A stretch of DNA of 61,420 nt, the filler included. It is 4 parts of 4 records of this genome, joined end to end, with 100 filler letters (N's around TTAATTAATTAA, not from the genome) between each part and the next. Parts side by side here need not be neighbours in the genome. Positions count along the whole stretch, not along the records: positions 39,939 to 61,420 come from DRR378314_2084; 3 more parts are not named here. One strand, given 5' to 3'. Positions 51,687-61,420 of the stretch are shown here, piece after piece. The notes beneath the pieces were generated by a model. It was given only the letters and a program-made list of their open reading frames with translations, was not told the origin of the DNA and ran no database searches. A program made the translations under genes and the position numbers. Positions within the stretch are counted from its first letter, which is position 1, and each line of letters begins with the position of its first letter.

Positions 51687-52451
51687 TCAATCAAAAACAG
51701 CAAGTACTACCGGATAAATTACATCTACAAATCTCTTATAGGCCTCCCCGGAAGGATGCAGGCCATCCCCTGCCACTAAATCGGGATTGGACAATCCATT
51801 TCGTGTAATGTCCGTAATATTTACAAAAGGCACACCCTTCTGAAGGGCAGTAGCTTCCGCAAAGCCATTATATTCATCAATTTCTTTGGAAATTTTATCG
51901 GTATTTCTGCCTTCTCCAAAAGGGGTATACGAATAATCTGGAATGGAAACAACAACAACATTTTTTGGATTGCCATAAGCCAGGGCAATGGCCCGTTCCA
52001 ACAGTTGGGGAAACTCCTTTTTATATATTCTGAAAGGTTTACCTTGGTATTGGTTATTGACCCCAATCAAAAGGGTTACCAAATCATAGGAAGGCAATGC
52101 GGTCCCCCTGTTTATAGCATCCAATAAGTTGTCTGTTCGCCAACCTGTAACGGCTATTATTTCGGTATTGACCGTTACTTTTAGACCCTGCTCCAATCTA
52201 TGCTTCAACTGTATTGGAAAGCTTTCTGCAGTAGTAACGCTGGCACCAATGGTATAACTATCGCCCAAGGCCAAATAATTATATGTCCCCGATTCGTTTA
52301 AATGTGGTCCATTCGAATCATTGGAAATGGTCGAAGGCAGCTCTGTATCCAAAATATTGTCCGTGGAAGGTTCAAAAGCGGACAACTCCCTTTCTTGGGA
52401 ACATCCAAAGAAAACAATAGCAATGACAAATAACAATGATAACCGCATCAA
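51687..52451 (-). CDS. SGNH/GDSL hydrolase lipoprotein
   Basis: FGC lipobox; motifs LGDSYT, GVNN, DGLHP. Confidence 0.92.
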   Translation of the reverse strand: MMRLSLLFVIAIVFFGCSQERELSAFEPSTDNILDTELPSTISNDSNGPHLNESGTYNYLALGDSYTIGASVTTAESFPIQLKHRLEQGLKVTVNTEIIAVTGWRTDNLLDAINRGTALPSYDLVTLLIGVNNQYQGKPFRIYKKEFPQLLERAIALAYGNPKNVVVVSIPDYSYTPFGEGRNTDKISKEIDEYNGFAEATALQKGVPFVNITDITRNGLSNPDLVAGDGLHPSGEAYKRFVDVIYPVVLAVFD

Positions 52452-52757
52452 AAGTGTTTTACATTATTTACGAAAGACAGGCTTAAGAGGTTTGTTCTAA
52501 ATTAGAAAAGATGAAATCTTATTTTAATACCTTAAAGACGAACTCAAAAAAGAAATGCTCAATTAAAAAAACCAACCATTTGGGATGATGACTAAAATCC
52601 GGTAACTTGTTGTATAAGTGCTTTTTAATTAATCCTTATTTCTTTTAGAATTCCTAAGCAATCTTAAGGAATATGGGATTAGGATAAGCAGTAGGTTAAT
52701 AATCAACAAATAGTAATATCCTTTCATATTGGTCAGTGTTTGTGTTTACTTATTGCC

Positions 52758-53399
52758 TTATTCCTTTATAATAATAATGGTGGCTTTAGACCCTGTGGAT
52801 AAATTCCACATATTGGAATGAATCATTTTACCTTCATCATCATAAACATTAACTTGGGCCGTATTGGGACCTGAGGTACCTTGGTTAAGTGCCTCGAAAT
52901 CAATTCTATTAAAACCCTTCTGCAAATCTAGGTTAATTCCTTTAAAGGAACCTGTTAAAAAAATATTGGGTTCCACCACCTTATCGTTGAGCAATATTCT
53001 TACCCTGTCACCATCAACATATTCATGGTCGCGGCAAACAATACCTACAAATTTCCCATTGCTTTTAATATCTCCCAAATACATGTTCCCAAAAAACGTT
53101 GAAGAACCTTCCTTTTCCTTTTCACCAACTTTTGGATCTATTTTTAAACCATAGCCAGCCTGTACCAATTCCCTGTCCGGAAGCATCTTGACATTTCTGG
53201 CGGTAAGGGAATCCCTAAGATTGGTAGTAGGTTTTAAGGTAATAATGGATGGCATTTTCAAAGCTGTACCCTGATTGGGATTTTCCCTAACCCCTCTATC
53301 CCCTTCTATTTTTAGAGGATTGGTGGTAGGAAGATCGGTTTGGGACATACCCAAGTGCGAAAATAGAAATAGAACGCAAAATAAAAATACTATTCTCAT
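52758..53399 (-). CDS. Conserved hypothetical secreted protein
   Basis: Signal-peptide-like MRIVFLFCVLF (start placed at 53399, downstream of TATTTTTG at 53427-53434). Beta-rich C-terminus with CRDHEYVDGDRV and ALNQGTSGPNTA. Confidence 0.8.
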   Translation of the reverse strand: MRIVFLFCVLFLFSHLGMSQTDLPTTNPLKIEGDRGVRENPNQGTALKMPSIITLKPTTNLRDSLTARNVKMLPDRELVQAGYGLKIDPKVGEKEKEGSSTFFGNMYLGDIKSNGKFVGIVCRDHEYVDGDRVRILLNDKVVEPNIFLTGSFKGINLDLQKGFNRIDFEALNQGTSGPNTAQVNVYDDEGKMIHSNMWNLSTGSKATIIIIKE

Positions 53400-53480
53400 A
53401 TGGCCATTTAATGTACCTATCAATTACAAAAATATCAAATACCTTGCCATGTGTCACTAAAATGCTGTTAAATTCACTGC

Positions 53481-53517
53481 AAAACAAAAAACCGGTTTAA
53501 GGACAAGCTTAAACCGG
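53481..53517 (-). terminator. Rho-independent terminator of the aldB-DUF779 operon
   Basis: Perfect 10-bp inverted repeat CCGGTTTAAG (53492-53501) / CTTAAACCGG (53508-53517) with a 6-nt loop. The A-run at 53481-53491 forms the U-tail on the minus strand. Confidence 0.85.
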
Positions 53518-53542
53518 CATTAACAATCCAGGGGGAAATTCC

Positions 53543-53917
53543 CTAAGTTTTGACCGTATCTACAGGACCCAATTGGGCATGTTCGACCTCTGTAAACAAA
53601 CGGGACTTTATAACAAAGCGCAATCCCAACGGTATTTCCAAGGAAAAACTAGAGCCGCGGCCTTTGGTTACATCTATGGTCAATTGGGTATGTTTCCAAT
53701 ATTCAAATTGATCCTTCGACATATAGAAAGGACAATCTGCAATATCGCCCAGATAAACATCGGTTTCGTTAAGCATTAATTCCCCTTTCGGAAAACACAT
53801 GGGCGATGACCCATCGCAACAACCTCCACTCTGATGGAACATTAGCTCCCCATGCTTGGACTTTAGCTCCTCCAATACCTGCCTTGCATCTTCTGAAATC
53901 AATACCCTTTTGACCAT
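53543..53917 (-). CDS. DUF779 family protein
   Basis: Motifs FHQSGGCCDGSSPMCF, QFEYWKHTQL, GRGSSFSLE; lies directly downstream of aldB. Confidence 0.93.
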   Translation of the reverse strand: MVKRVLISEDARQVLEELKSKHGELMFHQSGGCCDGSSPMCFPKGELMLNETDVYLGDIADCPFYMSKDQFEYWKHTQLTIDVTKGRGSSFSLEIPLGLRFVIKSRLFTEVEHAQLGPVDTVKT

Positions 53918-53936
53918 AATTATTTTACTCTATTTC

Positions 53937-55460
53937 TTAAAAGAATCCCAGTGCTTTTTTGTCGTAGGAAATAAGCATATTTTTAGTTTGCCTGTAGTGG
54001 TTCAACATCATTTTATGGGTTTCCCTACCAATTCCTGATTTCTTATATCCCCCAAAGGGAGCATGTGCCGGATAGGTATGATAGCTATTTACCCAAACGC
54101 GACCGGCTTTAATTGCCCTGGCCACCTTGTAGGCCTGATGGGTATCCCTTGTCCATACGCCAGCGCCCAGACCATATAATGTATCATTGGCAATTTCAAT
54201 AGCCTCTGCCTCATCCTTAAAGGTTGTTAGGCACACAACAGGACCAAAGATCTCTTCCTGAAAGACCCTCATTTTATTGTTTCCTTTTAGAATAGTGGGC
54301 TGAATATAATAACCCCCTTCCAAACCTTCATTATAGGCTGCATCACCACCGGTTAGTACTTCACAGCCCTCCTCCTTTCCAATTTTGATATAGTTCAGGA
54401 TTTTTTCATATTGATCATTGGAAGCCTGTGCACCCATCATAGTTTCAGGATCCAGTGGATGTCCCAGCCTTATTTTGTTGGTACGGGCCACAACTCGCTC
54501 AATAAATTTTTCGTAAATACTTTCCTGTACCAAAATACGGGATGGGGAGGTACATACTTCGCCCTGATTAAAGGCAAACATTGCCGCTCCCTCCAAACAT
54601 TTGTCGAAGAATTCATCATCTGCTTCCATAATGCTTTCAAAAAACACGTTGGGCGATTTACCCCCCAATTCCAAAGTAACCGGAATAATGTTTTTGGAGG
54701 CGTACTGCATAATCAACTGCCCAGTAGTTGTCTCGCCAGTAAATGCAATCTTGTTTATTCTGGGATTGGAAGCCAATGGTTTACCTGCCTCAATACCAAA
54801 TCCGTTCACCACATTAAGTACCCCTGCCGGCAATACATTTTCTATAAGTTCCATTAGCACCAGGATTCCCACCGGAGTTTGTTCCGCCGGCTTTAGGACT
54901 ACGCAGTTTCCGGCTGCCAGTGCAGGTGCTACCTTCCAAGCTGCCATAAGAAGTGGAAAGTTCCAAGGAATAATTTGTCCAACAACCCCTAAAGGTTCAG
55001 GAATGTTCAAAGATACCGTATTGGCATCCAATTCACTTGCCGTGCCCTCCTCTGCCCTTATGACCCCGGCAAAATAGCGAAAATGGTCTATGGCCAAAGG
55101 TAAATCTGCAGCCATGGTCTCTCTGATGGGTTTTCCGTTATCCCAGGTTTCGGCCCGTGCCAAAACCTCTAGGTTTTGCTCCATTATATCCGCAATCTTC
55201 AACAATAAATTACTTCTTGATGCTGCGGAGGAATTATTCCATTCCGGGGCTGCAGCCCATGCGGCATCCAACGCCAGTTCAATATCCTCAGCGGTAGATC
55301 TAGCTATCTTGGTAAAACTATTGCCATCTACAGGTGAAATATTATCAAAATACTCCCCTTTGATGGGCGACACCCATTTACCGCCTATAAAATTTTCATA
55401 CTGACTTTTAAATACTGGTCTTTCGACCCTATTCTGTGTTGTGGTCTTTACATCTCCCAT
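53937..55460 (-). CDS. aldB: Aldehyde (acetaldehyde) dehydrogenase, AldB/AcoD type
   Basis: Motifs [57 protein letters not shown]. Probable start MGDVK at 55460. Confidence 0.93.
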   Translation of the reverse strand: MGDVKTTTQNRVERPVFKSQYENFIGGKWVSPIKGEYFDNISPVDGNSFTKIARSTAEDIELALDAAWAAAPEWNNSSAASRSNLLLKIADIMEQNLEVLARAETWDNGKPIRETMAADLPLAIDHFRYFAGVIRAEEGTASELDANTVSLNIPEPLGVVGQIIPWNFPLLMAAWKVAPALAAGNCVVLKPAEQTPVGILVLMELIENVLPAGVLNVVNGFGIEAGKPLASNPRINKIAFTGETTTGQLIMQYASKNIIPVTLELGGKSPNVFFESIMEADDEFFDKCLEGAAMFAFNQGEVCTSPSRILVQESIYEKFIERVVARTNKIRLGHPLDPETMMGAQASNDQYEKILNYIKIGKEEGCEVLTGGDAAYNEGLEGGYYIQPTILKGNNKMRVFQEEIFGPVVCLTTFKDEAEAIEIANDTLYGLGAGVWTRDTHQAYKVARAIKAGRVWVNSYHTYPAHAPFGGYKKSGIGRETHKMMLNHYRQTKNMLISYDKKALGFF

Positions 55461-55545
55461 GATCGTATATTTTAAATTAATATTAAATTTCATTTTGCCA
55501 ATCGTTATTGGCCGAGCCATATTGTAAGTGTAAGTGGCTTGTTTT

Positions 55546-55553
55546 CAAATGTA
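55546..55553 (-). promoter_or_regulatory. Bacteroidota -7 promoter element for aldB
   Basis: Minus-strand TACATTTG matches TAnnTTTG. Confidence 0.65.
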
Positions 55554-55584
55554 TGAAGCGTTTTTGTTAAAATTCTGACCCATT

Positions 55585-55615
55585 CTATCAATAACATGAA
55601 CTATCCTATCAATAA
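55585..55615. promoter_or_regulatory. Putative AraC-type tandem operator
   Basis: Exact direct repeat CTATCAATAA at 55585 and 55606 (21-bp period), between the divergent aldB and araC genes. Confidence 0.6.
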
Positions 55616-55708
55616 TTGTTTATATCCCAATTTGAGGTGATTAATTTTGTATTTTTAACAAAATAAGCTCATTGAATAATAATTAATGACAATTTAAATA
55701 TCTCTGGG

Positions 55709-56626
55709 ATGCAGCTATCCAACGCCTACTTTAACCATAGAAGATTGGAAACTTTGGTCGAGAATCAAACGACCTATACGTTGAACAATGCTGCCATGCA
55801 CGTTTTTGAAACCCATCAACAGGCGGAACAGATATTGCTCCAATTTGATCAGCCAGTCCTGGCAAGTATGCTAAGTGGCAAGAAAATTATGCACCTTAGG
55901 GACCATGAGTCATTTAACTTTTTACCTGGTGAATCTCTTATACTGCCATCCAAAGAAATAATGTGTATAGATTTTCCCGAAGCAAAGGCTACCAACCCTA
56001 CCCGTTGCTTGGCCATGGCCATTTCTGAGGATAAAATAAAACAGATGTTGAGGGTAATGAACGAAACCATGCCCAAATTGGATGGGAAGGAATGGGCATT
56101 GATGGATTATAATTTTCATTTTACAAATGATATTGGCCTTTATCAAATTTTACAACGATTGCTCTTTCTATTCACAGAAAACCATCCGTCCAAAGATCTC
56201 TTTGTAGACAATATGCTAAGCGAACTAATTGTTCGGATTTTACAGAGCAATGAGCGCAAAATTTACACGGAACAAACCTTGGAGGTCAGCAGCAACAGTA
56301 GGTTGGGGTTTATAGTCTCCTTTATTCGCGAAAACATATACAAGCCCTTAAGTATTGAAACATTGAGCAAAAAGGCCCATATGAGCGAGTCCCATTTTTA
56401 CAGGGTTTTTAAAAATGAACTTGGCATTTCTCCTGTAGAATTCATCAATAATGAACGAATTAAACTAGCTGTCAGTCTTTTACAAGATCCAAAACGCACA
56501 ATAAAAGAAGTATTCATGGAATGCGGTTTTGAAAGCAGGTCGTATTTTAACCGTGTGTTTAAGAGAAAGAAAAATGTTTCCCCTGGCGAATATCAAGCCA
56601 ATGTGGTTAGGGAAAAGAGATATTGA
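55709..56626 (+). CDS. AraC-family transcriptional regulator
   Basis: C-terminal double HTH (AHMSESHFYRVFKNELGISP..ERIKLA..CGFESRSYFNRVFK); divergent from aldB. Confidence 0.93.
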   Translation: MQLSNAYFNHRRLETLVENQTTYTLNNAAMHVFETHQQAEQILLQFDQPVLASMLSGKKIMHLRDHESFNFLPGESLILPSKEIMCIDFPEAKATNPTRCLAMAISEDKIKQMLRVMNETMPKLDGKEWALMDYNFHFTNDIGLYQILQRLLFLFTENHPSKDLFVDNMLSELIVRILQSNERKIYTEQTLEVSSNSRLGFIVSFIRENIYKPLSIETLSKKAHMSESHFYRVFKNELGISPVEFINNERIKLAVSLLQDPKRTIKEVFMECGFESRSYFNRVFKRKKNVSPGEYQANVVREKRY

Positions 56627-56648
56627 AATTGGCGGATCGGCCTGTTGA

Positions 56649-57713
56649 TTACCCCCACACCTTTCTTAGAAACCGAATAAAATTTTTACTCATTATATTT
56701 TCTATATCCATTTCCGAATAACCTTTTCTTAATAGTAATCCAGGTATCTTCTGTAGATCTGCTATCGTATTTATGTCTCTAGGACATTGCTCTTTTCCAA
56801 AGCCTCCATCCAGATCGGTCCCTATACCAACGTGCAGGGAATTTCCTGCCAGCTGGCAAATATGGTCTATGTTGTTGATCATTTGGTCCAAGGAAACATC
56901 CATTCCCTTTGGGGTTGAAGTACCCCTCACCCAATTGGGAACCATCATCCAAGCGTCCAGGGCTATACCTATTACACCGTCCCTGCCAATAAGTTCCAAT
57001 ATTTGCCCATCAGAAAACTGTCTGTTATGATCCACAAATTTTCGACAATTGTTGTGGCTTGCCCAAACGGGACCATTGTATACCTTCATGGTTTCCCAAA
57101 AGCTAAGATCGCATAAATGGGTAGCATCTAGAATTAGGTTTAACCGCTCTATTTCTTTTAATAGCTCCTTGCCTTTATGGCCAATGCCTCCAACCGAATC
57201 CGTACCATGCGCGTAGGTGCCGGGACCATAATGGGCCGGTCCAATAGCCCTCAGGCCTTGCTCATAGGAACGCTCCAAATGACTTGGGGTAATTATGGAA
57301 TCTGCCCCTTCCAAACTAAGGATATAGCCGATCGGCTTTTTGTCCATCCCATTTTCCCATAGCTCCAAATGTGCATTCAATTCTTCCGTATTCCTAATTT
57401 GGACCATTTCCCCAATTTCTTCCATGGCCCTGTACCAAGCCAACTGCCCCTGGGTCTGGGCCCAGGCCTGGTAGGGAGAGCTCCACCCGGGCAAGGGGTT
57501 TTCCTTCTTTACATACCTAGCTATTTGGGTACCCACACATAGGCCAATATTTCCCTTTCGCATAGCATCAAAAGACACCGTATTATTGGCCCTATCCGGT
57601 TTATCGGTCATACCCAGTTCACTTTCCCTAATATCGGCCACGGTCCTTGTTAGGTCCCTGTTCCATTCCATGGCATTCATGGCCAGATCCAAATGGGCAT
57701 CAAATACGAACAT
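56649..57713 (-). CDS. Membrane dipeptidase-like (M19) amidohydrolase
   Basis: Motifs DAHLD, SLEGAD, LDATH, WASHNN, GIGTDLDGG; probable start MFVFD at 57713; no signal peptide. Confidence 0.9.
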   Translation of the reverse strand: MFVFDAHLDLAMNAMEWNRDLTRTVADIRESELGMTDKPDRANNTVSFDAMRKGNIGLCVGTQIARYVKKENPLPGWSSPYQAWAQTQGQLAWYRAMEEIGEMVQIRNTEELNAHLELWENGMDKKPIGYILSLEGADSIITPSHLERSYEQGLRAIGPAHYGPGTYAHGTDSVGGIGHKGKELLKEIERLNLILDATHLCDLSFWETMKVYNGPVWASHNNCRKFVDHNRQFSDGQILELIGRDGVIGIALDAWMMVPNWVRGTSTPKGMDVSLDQMINNIDHICQLAGNSLHVGIGTDLDGGFGKEQCPRDINTIADLQKIPGLLLRKGYSEMDIENIMSKNFIRFLRKVWG

Positions 57714-57776
57714 ATTATAAAAATTATCCCAACTTAAGGCCAATCCGATAATTATTGGTCCATTTACAAGAGAGGT

Positions 57777-58886
57777 TTATATATTTATTTTAAGGTTTCT
57801 TGCAGCTACCTGCCAGGCACCGATTATCCTCCTATCAACTACCGTTAGGACTTCCTTATATTTGGCAACAGTTGGGCAAATATGTACAGGAATGGCATAG
57901 GCGGCGTCCCCTACTGTAAACATTTCATCATTGGGGCATTGCACAATTAAATGTTCTTCGCTTTGCCCTATTTGGGTGCAACCATCCCCTTCCAAAAACA
58001 TTACCCTAGGAAAATCCATTTCTGAAGCCAAATGCTTATGTCCCAAATCGAAACAGACCAAATTGGAGCTTGGCTTACTGATTACCCTGGTCAACAAAAC
58101 AGCGGCTGGCAGGAAATCCATATCCTTATAGGAGCCAGCATACCCTGCATCCCATAAAAGTGTAGTTCCTGGGCTAGTTTCCACACCTTCGCGCTTTAAA
58201 TGGATTGGGAAAGTTGGAGAACCGCCGGCCACAATGCTGGGAATAGGGAAACCCAATTCCTCCAAAGATTTTTTCAAATCCAAAACCGCTTCAAAATCCT
58301 CATTGCATTTCTGCTCTCTTTCAAACAGAACTTTGTTGTGGATATGTCCGTCGTACACATGCAATCCTGCAGCCTGCAAATTAGGGTCCTTATATATTTT
58401 TTTATACAATTCCACAGCATCGGCATTGGGCAGAATACCGGATCTATTCATCCCATTGTTAATATCTAACCAAAGCGACACAGAAATGCCTTTGTCCCTA
58501 GCAATTTTAGCGATTTTTTCAACAATCCGGGTATCATCAACAATTGCCGAAAAAGTACTATTGGGGAATTCCGAAATCAGTCTAAAAAATCGGTTTATAT
58601 TGGGACCTACCGGTTGCAACGCCAGTAGTATGTCTGCTGCACCGCAATGTCCCAAAAGTTCGGCCTCGGCAATGGTGGCACACTTAAATTTTTGAATACC
58701 GTGCTTTAACTGTAGCTGAACAATCTCTGCGGTTTTATGTGTTTTTATATGGGGCCTAAGGTGGCGGGTACCACCGGCCATGGCAATCATGGTCTTAATG
58801 TTTTGTTCTATCCGCTCCGGATAAACCAAAAGGGCAGGGGTAACTATATTCTCCGTGTCCTTAATTCTATACCATTCTTTGTTCAT
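57777..58886 (-). CDS. Fold-type III PLP enzyme, D-threonine aldolase/D-serine dehydratase (DSD1) family
   Basis: Motifs TPALLV, RPHIKTHK (PLP Lys), KCATIAEAE, RSG, HVYDGH, GGSPT, DLGHK, and metal ligands in QSEEH and PVHIC. Probable start at 58886. Confidence 0.9.
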   Translation of the reverse strand: MNKEWYRIKDTENIVTPALLVYPERIEQNIKTMIAMAGGTRHLRPHIKTHKTAEIVQLQLKHGIQKFKCATIAEAELLGHCGAADILLALQPVGPNINRFFRLISEFPNSTFSAIVDDTRIVEKIAKIARDKGISVSLWLDINNGMNRSGILPNADAVELYKKIYKDPNLQAAGLHVYDGHIHNKVLFEREQKCNEDFEAVLDLKKSLEELGFPIPSIVAGGSPTFPIHLKREGVETSPGTTLLWDAGYAGSYKDMDFLPAAVLLTRVISKPSSNLVCFDLGHKHLASEMDFPRVMFLEGDGCTQIGQSEEHLIVQCPNDEMFTVGDAAYAIPVHICPTVAKYKEVLTVVDRRIIGAWQVAARNLKINI

Positions 58887-58905
58887 TACAACATTGGGTT
58901 TATCA

Positions 58906-59370
58906 TCAATGAAGCTCAAACATTGCCTCTACCTCTACAGGAATATTATCGGGTAACATCATCCCAACAGCACTGCGTACGCCAATACCATTTTCTTGTC
59001 CAAAAACATCGGCCATCAATTCACTAAACCCATTTATAACAAAGGGTTGTTTTCCAAAATCCGGAGTAGAATTTACCATCCCAAGGACCTTTACAACCCG
59101 TTTTATTTTGTCCAAGCTTCCAAAATGTGTCATAATCGTGGAAAGCATAGTAAGGCCCACCTGTCTCGCTGCCAGTTTGGCTTCATCGGCATTCATATCA
59201 AAACCTGCTATCCCGATTATTAAAGATCCGTCGTTTTGAATTGGCCCCTGGCCCGAGACATATAAAAACTTGTCTACTACCAAAATAGGCCTGTAAACAC
59301 CCGCCGGTTTCGGTGCCGGGGGAAAAACCAATCCTAATTCCTTAATCTTTTCTGTGGGTGAACTACTCAT
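58906..59370 (-). CDS. RidA/YjgF family (Rid1/2-like) imine deaminase
   Basis: Motifs LYVSGQGP, VVKVLGMVNS, VINGFSEL, GVRSAVG (conserved Arg), PVEVE. Confidence 0.92.
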   Translation of the reverse strand: MSSSPTEKIKELGLVFPPAPKPAGVYRPILVVDKFLYVSGQGPIQNDGSLIIGIAGFDMNADEAKLAARQVGLTMLSTIMTHFGSLDKIKRVVKVLGMVNSTPDFGKQPFVINGFSELMADVFGQENGIGVRSAVGMMLPDNIPVEVEAMFELH

Positions 59371-59384
59371 AACTGATACTTTAA

Positions 59385-60701
59385 TTAAACAAACAAACTC
59401 AAAATCATTACTCCGATCAATCCCATTACACCCACGGTGGTTTCCATAACTGTCCAGGTTTTTAAAGTATCCTTGATGGAAAGGTTAAAATATTCCTTGA
59501 ACAACCAGAATCCTCCATCGTTTACATGGGAAAGCATTAGACTCCCGGATCCTATGGCGAGGACCATTAATTCCGGACTTACCCCGGTAGCGCCAATAAG
59601 TGGCATTACTATACCTGCAGTCGTTAAACCGGCCACCGTTGCCGAACCCACACACACCCTAATAACCGTGGCCACAAACCAGGCCAACAAAAGCGGTGAA
59701 ACACTGGAATCCTTTAAACTGTCTGCAATATACAAACTTACCCCACTATCTATTAAAACCTCTTTTAGCGCCCCTGCTCCTGCAATAATAAGAAGAACCA
59801 TGGTAATCCCCGAAATAGAGCTGGACATAGACCCCATAATATCGGTCATACGTTTGCCCCGGGCCAAGCCCAAGGTATAAATGGCCACCAATACGGAAAT
59901 CAACATTGCTATTACTGGATTTCCCAAAAAGTTGACAAAAGGCATAAATCCATAATCCTTGGGAAATAATAGATCGGCTATGGTGGAAAACATTATTAGA
60001 ATAATGGGAAGAAGGGCCGTAAAAATACTGATGTTTATCCCGGGCATTTCTTCTTCAGTAAGAACAGTAGGGTTTACAAAATCCTTTAAAGGAGTAGCCT
60101 TGACATTTTTAATGGTACGCGAAAACCATGGTCCGGCAACCGTAATAGCCGGAATGGCAATGATAATGCCATACAAAAGTGTCTTCCCCATATCTGCCTC
60201 AAACATGGCGGTAATGGCCGTTGGGGCTGGATGTGGCGGAAGATAGCCATGTGTCACGGACAAGGCGGCTATCATTGGAAGGCCCACATATAAAAGTGGC
60301 AATCCCGTTGAGGCGGTAATAGTGAATATCAAGGGGATCAATATCACAAATCCAACCTCATAGAACAGAGGAATACCCACAATAAATCCGGTCAACACCA
60401 AAGCCCATTGAATATTTTTAACACCAAATTTGGCCACCAACTTGGTGGTTATCTGCTGGGCAGCGCCGCTATCTGCCACCAGCTTGCCCAACATGGCTCC
60501 CAATCCTAAAATCATCACCAAGAAACCAAGGGTATTACCTATTCCGTGTTCTATGGATTTTACCACCTGGTCCAGATCCATTCCTTCCGCGATCCCTACG
60601 GCAAGCGATACGATTATAAATGCTATAAAGGCGTTAAGTTTAAATTTTGCAATGAGTAAAAAGAGTAGAAATAACCCAAGAATAACAATAAGTAATGGCA
60701 T
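59385..60701 (-). CDS. GntP/DsdX-family gluconate:H+ symporter
   Basis: Motifs GAMLGKLVADSGAA, GIPLFYEVGFV, THGYLPPHP, IRVCVGSATVA, SHVNDGGFW. Probable start MPLL at 60701. Confidence 0.93.
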   Translation of the reverse strand: MPLLIVILGLFLLFLLIAKFKLNAFIAFIIVSLAVGIAEGMDLDQVVKSIEHGIGNTLGFLVMILGLGAMLGKLVADSGAAQQITTKLVAKFGVKNIQWALVLTGFIVGIPLFYEVGFVILIPLIFTITASTGLPLLYVGLPMIAALSVTHGYLPPHPAPTAITAMFEADMGKTLLYGIIIAIPAITVAGPWFSRTIKNVKATPLKDFVNPTVLTEEEMPGINISIFTALLPIILIMFSTIADLLFPKDYGFMPFVNFLGNPVIAMLISVLVAIYTLGLARGKRMTDIMGSMSSSISGITMVLLIIAGAGALKEVLIDSGVSLYIADSLKDSSVSPLLLAWFVATVIRVCVGSATVAGLTTAGIVMPLIGATGVSPELMVLAIGSGSLMLSHVNDGGFWLFKEYFNLSIKDTLKTWTVMETTVGVMGLIGVMILSLFV

Positions 60702-60783
60702 AGTATTGGTTTGGTATTTAATTGAATACAATTCTTAAATATACTATATCAACCAAAAAATTAATATCCTTTTTAATAATAAA

Positions 60784-61359
60784 TTAAAATTTATACAAAA
60801 AACTTAAGGAATAGGTATCCCGATAATTGGAAAAACCAAGAGACATTTGTTCCTTTTTATGTGGTTTTGTAAAAATATAAGTGCTGCCAATGCCAATGGC
60901 AGCACCGGCAAATACATCCCAAAAATCATGGTAACCGTCTGGGCCTTCCGTTCTACTTACAGCAACGATACTTGCCAGTAGATAGGCCGGGATACCATAG
61001 TTCCAACCATACCTGCGCTGTATAAATGATGCTCCGGAAAAAGCGGATGAAGTATGACCGGAAGGAAAGGAATCATATAGTTTTCTACCTTCAGGCCTTT
61101 CTTTTTTAGTGAAATGTTTTAAGGAATACGTCAAGGCCATAGTAGTACCGTACGAGAAAGCCAATTTTTTGGTGCCCTTGTAATCCTTATTTATCAAAGT
61201 CATGACGCCCGCGGTTAAAGGCAGTGCCAATTGAAGTACGTCGCCGGTATCTTCCAAAACATATTCCCATTTCTCATGTCCACCCTCTGTATCCTGGGAA
61301 TAACAGGCAATGGTTATAAAAAAATATGCACATACAAAGATTAAGGACAATTTTTCCAT
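60784..61359 (-). CDS. PAP2 (phosphatase/haloperoxidase) family membrane protein
   Basis: Motifs KxxxxxxRP (LKHFTKKERP), SFPSGH, SR..H..DV. Confidence 0.9.
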   Translation of the reverse strand: MEKLSLIFVCAYFFITIACYSQDTEGGHEKWEYVLEDTGDVLQLALPLTAGVMTLINKDYKGTKKLAFSYGTTMALTYSLKHFTKKERPEGRKLYDSFPSGHTSSAFSGASFIQRRYGWNYGIPAYLLASIVAVSRTEGPDGYHDFWDVFAGAAIGIGSTYIFTKPHKKEQMSLGFSNYRDTYSLSFLYKF

Positions 61360-61420
61360 CGATCTCTATTATTGTAACAGCTTCAAGATAAATAAAAGTT
61401 ATTAAACCTCAGGGCAAGCC

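Noticed and set aside
52630-52685. Imperfect inverted repeats (TTCCTAAG/CTTAAGGAA) as a terminator or sRNA
   Set aside because: Weak AT-rich pairing with a bulge and no clear U-tract; not supportable.

Overview
The window is not one locus. It is four contigs joined by three identical 100-nt artificial spacers (44 N + TTAATTAATTAA + 44 N at 23094-23193, 28775-28874 and 39839-39938). Contigs 1-3 (1-39838) are GC-rich, intron-rich eukaryotic DNA from an unidentified microbial eukaryote, with mostly GTACG/GTGCG splice donors. Manual splicing gives a kinesin-3 motor, a START lipid-transfer protein, a GPR155/LYCHOS-like PIN-transporter+GPCR-like+DEP fusion, a LicD-family nucleotidyltransferase, PA2G4/EBP1, TM9SF1, a protein with two tandem NAP histone-chaperone domains, RPA49/POLR1E and the last exon of a SETD9-like gene. 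Contig 4 (39939-61420) is AT-rich, gene-dense Bacteroidota (Flavobacteriaceae-like) DNA. It carries part of an arsenosugar cluster (arsM, DUF547, TIGR04283-type glycosyltransferase), an amidase, GH113, trmB, an Fe-S block (mrp, Nfu, FNR, ferredoxin), an ABC exporter, an AraC-aldB-DUF779 unit with a visible operator, promoter and terminator, and a GntP-RidA-PLP(D-TA/DSD1)-M19 amidohydrolase operon that may catabolise N-acyl amino sugar acids. All calls come from motif recognition and hand splicing, with no database search. Most short ORFs in the supplied track over 1-39838 are spurious.
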